From Candidatus Eiseniibacteriota bacterium (GTDB lineage: Bacteria; Eisenbacteria; RBG-16-71-46): 64,000 nt of DNA. Position numbers and translations under genes: made by a program. Location: NCBI GenBank assembly GCA_963744995.1, contig CAVUWA010000005.1:160001-224000 (forward strand), written 5' to 3'. Positions 59,328 through 64,000 of this stretch are shown in pieces (position 1 is the stretch's first letter; every line of letters begins with the position of its first letter). The notes under the pieces are model-generated. The model searched no databases and was not told the origin of the DNA. It saw only the letters and a list, made by a program, of their open reading frames with translations.

Positions 59328-61616
59328 TCAGCGAACGACGACGTGCCGGGCCGTCCCGGTTCCGTCAGGTGTGCGGACCTGCACGAAATACACCCCCGCC
59401 GGGACGGTGTCCCCCGCTTCGTCGCGACCATCCCACCGCAGCTCGTGACGCCCGATGTCGAGGGCACCATCGAACAGCGCGCGAACCAGGCGTCCCCTCA
59501 CGTCGTACACGGCGACTCGAGCCGGCCCGGCGCGGCGATTCTGGAAGCGAACCACCGACTGAGCCGAGCTGGGATTCGGCAGAACCCCCGGCCGCAGCGT
59601 CGCCACGGCTGCAAGACGTGGAGCGACACGGCCGGGTGACTCGCACTGCACGGGCAGAACCTGGAGCCCGTAGCGGAAGCCACTCTCGGTATATCCACCC
59701 CCGGTGGCGTAGACGTAGCCGCCCGAAAACGCTGCGTCCTCAGGACCGGCGACCGGCGCGGACCCCACGAGCCGGGGGCTTTGCGGGTCACGAACGTCGA
59801 TCACTTGAAGCGTACCCACCTCGATGTAGGCGTAGGAGCCCGACACCGCGACCCCGGTGATCCACCCCGTTTGCAGGCTCCCCACGACGACCGGGTCCCG
59901 CGGGTTCGTGATGTCCACGACCAGCAGGCGAAAGGAGTCCGCGACGTAGGCATGCGTGCCGGAAACCGCCACGCCCAGCGCCTGTTCCGTCGCGACGTGC
60001 CCGACGATCCGAGGGTAGCCGGGATTCGTGACGTCGATGACCTGAAGACCACCGGTCCCGTCGGCGACGTAGGCGTAGGTGCCCGAGACTGCCACATCGT
60101 AGACGCCCGGCCCGGGCGTATCGACACTCCCCACGACCTGAGGGTTCACGGGATCGGCGATGTCGATCACCTTGAGACCCGCGTACGAGTCCCCCACGTA
60201 GGCATGGGTGCCCGAGATGACGACCCGCGAGGCGTTCTGGGTGTCCACGCTGCCTGCAATCCGGGGATTCCCGGGATCCGTGATGTCGATCGCCTGAAGG
60301 CCGCTCGTCCCGATCGCGACGTACGCGTAGGCGCCCGAGACGGCCACGTCCCAAGCGGGATTCGGTGTGTCCACCCTGCCTGCGACCCGGGGGTCCCGAG
60401 GATCCGCGACTTCGATGACCTGAAGGCCGCTGCTTCCATCTGCGACGCAGGCGTAGTTGCCCGATACGGCCACCCCCCTGGCGTCACCCAGCGTGGCCGC
60501 GCTGCGGATGAGCGGGGGGGTCCAGGGAGATGAGACATCGATGATGTCGACCCCTCCTCCTGTCGCGACGCAGGCGTAGGCGCCCGCGATGACGACATCC
60601 CCGTTCGAACTCGGAAACACCACGCTGCCCACGATCTCGAGGCTCCGGGGATTCGTGATGTCAACGACTTGAAGGCCGTACGATGCGACGTAGGCATGCG
60701 TTCCCAGGACGGTGACGCTCCCGGCAAACATGGGAAGGCCGTCCACGATCTGGGGGCGCCGAGGGTCCGAGACGTCGAGGACCTGGAGGCCGCCGCCCCC
60801 GGCTGCGACGTACGCGAAGTCGCCACCGACGGCCACGTCATAGGCGGTGCCCGGAGAATCCGCGCCGCCGACGACATCGGGGGCCCGAGGGTCCGAGATA
60901 TCGACCACTCGAAGGCCGCCCGCCCGATCCGCAACGTACGCGAAGTTACCGCGGACGGTCACGTCGAGGGCGGCGTCGGGCGTGTTGGCGCTGCCTGCGA
61001 TCCCGGGGGTCCGGGGATTCGAGACGTCGACCACTTGAAGGCCGCCCAACCCATCTGCGACATAGGCATGGGCACCCCGAACAGCGACGCCTGCGGCCCA
61101 GCCCGGAGTATCGACGCTGCCCACGATATGAGGATTCCGCGGATCATGGACGTCGATCACATGAAGGCCACTGCCCCCGTCTGTGACGTACGCGTGGCTG
61201 CCGCGGACGGCCACATTCGTGGCGTATCCGGGCAAGTCCACTCGCCCGACGGACTCGGGGTTTTGGGGATCCCTGATGTCGACCACCACGAGGCTGCTCG
61301 GTGAGTGCGGAGGGCGAAGCTCTTCGTCCGTATAGTTCGCGGCCACGTAGAGGTAGGTCCCCCTGACTGCAACGCCGGCGCCAAAAGGGACGTCCACGCT
61401 GGAAACCCGGCGCAGATAGTCGCCCCCTCCGTAATCGACGCACGTGGCGAAGGCCGTTGAGACCAGAGGTACGCACGCCAGCACCACGATCGTGAATTGG
61501 AGCCGCAGCAAGGCAGCGCACGGCCACGGGGCGGAGGCTGATCCTGCTCCCGGCTTCGTCGCATTCCTGGAAGTGCGCCCCCCACCGGGGCAAGCACGTC
61601 GTAGCACCGCGTACAT
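59328..61616 (-). CDS. LVIVD-repeat secreted protein with FlgD/T9SS-like CTD
   Basis: About a dozen ~42-aa repeats (VAVSGxYAYVAD...GLQVIDVSDP..P..VG); C-terminus PNPS...WDGRD...GVYFVQV...VVVR. Start uncertain. Confidence 0.88.
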   Translation of the reverse strand: MYAVLRRACPGGGRTSRNATKPGAGSASAPWPCAALLRLQFTIVVLACVPLVSTAFATCVDYGGGDYLRRVSSVDVPFGAGVAVRGTYLYVAANYTDEELRPPHSPSSLVVVDIRDPQNPESVGRVDLPGYATNVAVRGSHAYVTDGGSGLHVIDVHDPRNPHIVGSVDTPGWAAGVAVRGAHAYVADGLGGLQVVDVSNPRTPGIAGSANTPDAALDVTVRGNFAYVADRAGGLRVVDISDPRAPDVVGGADSPGTAYDVAVGGDFAYVAAGGGGLQVLDVSDPRRPQIVDGLPMFAGSVTVLGTHAYVASYGLQVVDITNPRSLEIVGSVVFPSSNGDVVIAGAYACVATGGGVDIIDVSSPWTPPLIRSAATLGDARGVAVSGNYACVADGSSGLQVIEVADPRDPRVAGRVDTPNPAWDVAVSGAYAYVAIGTSGLQAIDITDPGNPRIAGSVDTQNASRVVISGTHAYVGDSYAGLKVIDIADPVNPQVVGSVDTPGPGVYDVAVSGTYAYVADGTGGLQVIDVTNPGYPRIVGHVATEQALGVAVSGTHAYVADSFRLLVVDITNPRDPVVVGSLQTGWITGVAVSGSYAYIEVGTLQVIDVRDPQSPRLVGSAPVAGPEDAAFSGGYVYATGGGYTESGFRYGLQVLPVQCESPGRVAPRLAAVATLRPGVLPNPSSAQSVVRFQNRRAGPARVAVYDVRGRLVRALFDGALDIGRHELRWDGRDEAGDTVPAGVYFVQVRTPDGTGTARHVVVR

Positions 61617-61933
61617 GGGGTCTCCCTTCACGATGACCTCGGGACGAGGCGGCGGCGAACCCTCCAATTCGGGATCTGCATCTGCCGAAAGCGGGCACGG
61701 CCGTCGAATTCCCGTCTCGACCCGTCTCTCCTTCATGCGCGATTCGGCGCCCACCTGTAACCTGGCGCAGGCATGAGGCGGAGCCGCCACTGGAGCCCCA
61801 CTCCTCCGGCCGCAGCACCTCTTGCGGCCTCCGCCAGCGAGTGCGAAAATTTCCGCGAAAGCGCTCAGGCCCGTCTCCGGCCCGGCGGCGGCTCCCCAGG
61901 GGCGCGTAGTCACCCGAATCGGACGGGAGCGCA

Positions 61934-62533
61934 ATGCCCGACAGAGACTTGACCCGGGCGCTGGCCGACGCGACGCGTGATCGCGAGACCCACCAGGGAG
62001 AGATCGCCCAGATCTTCTCGGCCGTCTACGACGAGCTGCGGGCACTGGCCAGGCGCCAGATGGGCCGGGAGCGCGCCGATCACACGCTGCAGCCGACCGC
62101 GCTCGTGAACGAAGCCTATCTCCGCCTGGTCGACGACTCCCGCCTGGGGTGGGAGTCCCGCGCCCACTTCTTCGGGATCGCCGCGCGGGCCATGCGCCAG
62201 GTGCTGATCGACCACGCTCGTCGCCGCAACAGCGCCAAGCGCGGCGGCGGATGGGAACGGCTCCGCCTGGAGACCCGGGAGCTGGTCTCCCCGGAAGACG
62301 GTGTGCCGGCGATCGATCTCGAAAGGACACTGACGCGACTCCATGAGCTCCACCCGAGGAGTGCGGAGGTGGTCGAGCTGCGCGTCTTCGCGGGTCTCTC
62401 GGGAGCGGAAATCGGCAGCTTGCTGGGCGTGAGTCGCAAGACCGTCGTCGGCGACTGGCGGTTCGCATGCATGTGGCTGGGATCCGCGCTGTCCGATCAG
62501 GAATCGCGACCGGCACACGAAGCCAAGGACTGA
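61934..62533 (+). CDS. ECF sigma factor of the kinase-associated type
   Basis: VYDELRALA, HTLQPTALVNEAYLRL, HFFGIAARAMRQVLIDHARRRNSAKRGG, VVELRVFAGL. Confidence 0.9.
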   Translation: MPDRDLTRALADATRDRETHQGEIAQIFSAVYDELRALARRQMGRERADHTLQPTALVNEAYLRLVDDSRLGWESRAHFFGIAARAMRQVLIDHARRRNSAKRGGGWERLRLETRELVSPEDGVPAIDLERTLTRLHELHPRSAEVVELRVFAGLSGAEIGSLLGVSRKTVVGDWRFACMWLGSALSDQESRPAHEAKD

Positions 62534-62535
62534 GG

Positions 62536-64000
62536 ATGGAACCGGCCGCGTTCGCAAGGCTCCGCGCCATCGTTCTCTCGGTGGCATCCGCGCCGCCGGA
62601 GAGGCGCGAGGAGGTGCTCGTCCGCGAGTGCGGGGAGGACGGCGCGCTTCGCGCCACAGTGCTCCGCCTGCTGGAGTTCGACCCGGGCGAGTCGGAGCTG
62701 GACGGGCCCGAGCGCAGGTCCGGCGGCGTCGGCCTGCTCACGGCCTCTATCCTCACCGAGCTCGGCGAGGCCCCTCCTCCTCCCGGTGGCGCCGAAGCGC
62801 TCGATGACCCGGGTGAGCTCGCTTCTCTGGAACGTCCACCCACGGCCGATGCGATTCCCGGCTACCACATCATCCGCAAGCTCGGCGAGGGTGGGATGGG
62901 TGCGGTCTACCTGGCGGAAGACGTGAAGCTCGCGAGGCGTGTGGCGCTCAAGTTCCTGCGGCGCGATCTCGTCGTGCCCGGAACGCTGACCCGGTTCATC
63001 CATGAGGCTCGCGCCGCGGCGGCCATCGACCATCCCAACATCTGCACGGTCTACGGGATTCACGAGGCCGAGGGACGGGCGTTCATTGCGATGGCCTACG
63101 TCGAAGGGATGACGCTCCGGCAGCGCATCGCCTCGGGTCCCCTGCCGGTCGACCGGACCATCGAGATCGGCCTGCAGATCGCCCGCGGCCTCCGCGTCAC
63201 CCACGAGAAGGGGATCATCCACCGGGATCTCAAGCCGTCCAACGTGATGCTTTCCGCCGATGGCACGGTCAAGATCGTGGACTTCGGGATCGCGCAGTCG
63301 CGCGATCGACTGAGTGTCGGGAGAGGCGGGGCACGCATGGGGACGATTTCATACATGTCGCCGGAACAGCTGCGGGGCGAGCACGTCGATCATCGCGCCG
63401 ACACCTGGGCGCTGGGAGTCGTTCTCTTCGAGATGCTCTCCGGCCGTCTGCCCTTTGGCGGCGATTCGGATCAGACGCTCAGCCGCCACATCGTTCACGA
63501 CGAGCCGCTGCGGCTGGCGAAGATCCGCGACGATGTTCCCGCTCCGTTGCGTGCCCTGATCGGGCGCTGTCTCTCGAAAGAGCCGGCCGGGCGGCCGGAT
63601 GCAGTCGAGATCGCGCGCGTGCTCGAGCCGCTTCGACCGTCGTCCCTCACGGTTCGCGGGATTCGCCGGCACGGCGGCTGGATTCTCGCGGCCACGGCGT
63701 TCGCAACACTGGTGGTCCTGGTTGCCGTCGCCGGATCATGGCGAGGGTGGTTCGGCGCGGGACGGGAAACGGGCCCGCCCAGGGCCCACCTGACGAGGCT
63801 CACGGTGCTTCCCCAGGACGTGGGCGGTGCGCTGCTTCCCGGCGCCCTCTCTCCGGATGGTCGATCCCTCGCGCTTCCCCTTCGTCACCTGCGTGGTGAC
63901 TGGGCCACGATCGGCGTGTTCTCGATCGAAACGGGGCAGACCCGATATATCGATATGCCCCAGGGCGAAGCATACAGCGTGGGGTGGATGCCGGACGGGG
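62536..64000 (+). CDS. Membrane-anchored Ser/Thr protein kinase (runs off the right edge)
   Basis: Not in the ORF track. ATG at 62536 is in frame with LGEGGMGAVY, VALK, HRDLKPSN, DFG, YMSPEQ, then a TM helix (WILAATAFATLVVLVAV) and an ALSPDG PD40 repeat. Confidence 0.92.
   Translation, partial: MEPAAFARLRAIVLSVASAPPERREEVLVRECGEDGALRATVLRLLEFDPGESELDGPERRSGGVGLLTASILTELGEAPPPPGGAEALDDPGELASLERPPTADAIPGYHIIRKLGEGGMGAVYLAEDVKLARRVALKFLRRDLVVPGTLTRFIHEARAAAAIDHPNICTVYGIHEAEGRAFIAMAYVEGMTLRQRIASGPLPVDRTIEIGLQIARGLRVTHEKGIIHRDLKPSNVMLSADGTVKIVDFGIAQSRDRLSVGRGGARMGTISYMSPEQLRGEHVDHRADTWALGVVLFEMLSGRLPFGGDSDQTLSRHIVHDEPLRLAKIRDDVPAPLRALIGRCLSKEPAGRPDAVEIARVLEPLRPSSLTVRGIRRHGGWILAATAFATLVVLVAVAGSWRGWFGAGRETGPPRAHLTRLTVLPQDVGGALLPGALSPDGRSLALPLRHLRGDWATIGVFSIETGQTRYIDMPQGEAYSVGWMPDG

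Noticed and set aside
59328..62843. 1171-aa version of the LVIVD protein
   Set aside because: The extension overlaps the ECF and kinase genes on the opposite strand; an RBS and signal-like segment support a start near 61616.

Overview
Very GC-rich bacterial DNA, mostly coding on the minus strand. The many secreted proteins with T9SS/FlgD-type C-terminal domains, a TWG-tail protein and ECF-kinase pairs suggest a diderm FCB-related lineage such as Ca. Eisenbacteria (inference only). Contents, left to right: partial sucA; DUF4184; an 8-gene envelope operon (large Ig-repeat protein with CTD, PorV-like barrel with FlgD-like tail, ~1030-aa TPR protein, ExbB, two ExbD, TonB, FlgD/OmpA-like protein); an ABC-2 exporter; a BNR lipoprotein; a twin-permease RND system; a TWG-tail secreted protein; a CUAEP-tail radical SAM probable selenoprotein with NfuA-like and ATP-grasp genes beside egtB/egtD-like genes; a Ser/Thr kinase; an argR-C-B-D-G-H(A)-F operon with ARG boxes and a frameshifted argC; a pentaheme cytochrome c; three more CTD-bearing secreted proteins; an M13 peptidase; a phosphoketolase cluster; and an ECF sigma plus partial Ser/Thr kinase. 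The two best candidates for an undescribed system are (1) a TonB/ExbBD-energised, T9SS-like export or surface-display operon at 2585-13539 and (2) the selenocysteine radical SAM/ATP-grasp/Egt cluster at 26387-32688. All calls come from reading motifs by eye; no searches were run. Many starts were moved from the ORF track to a codon with a ribosome-binding site or a stop/start overlap.
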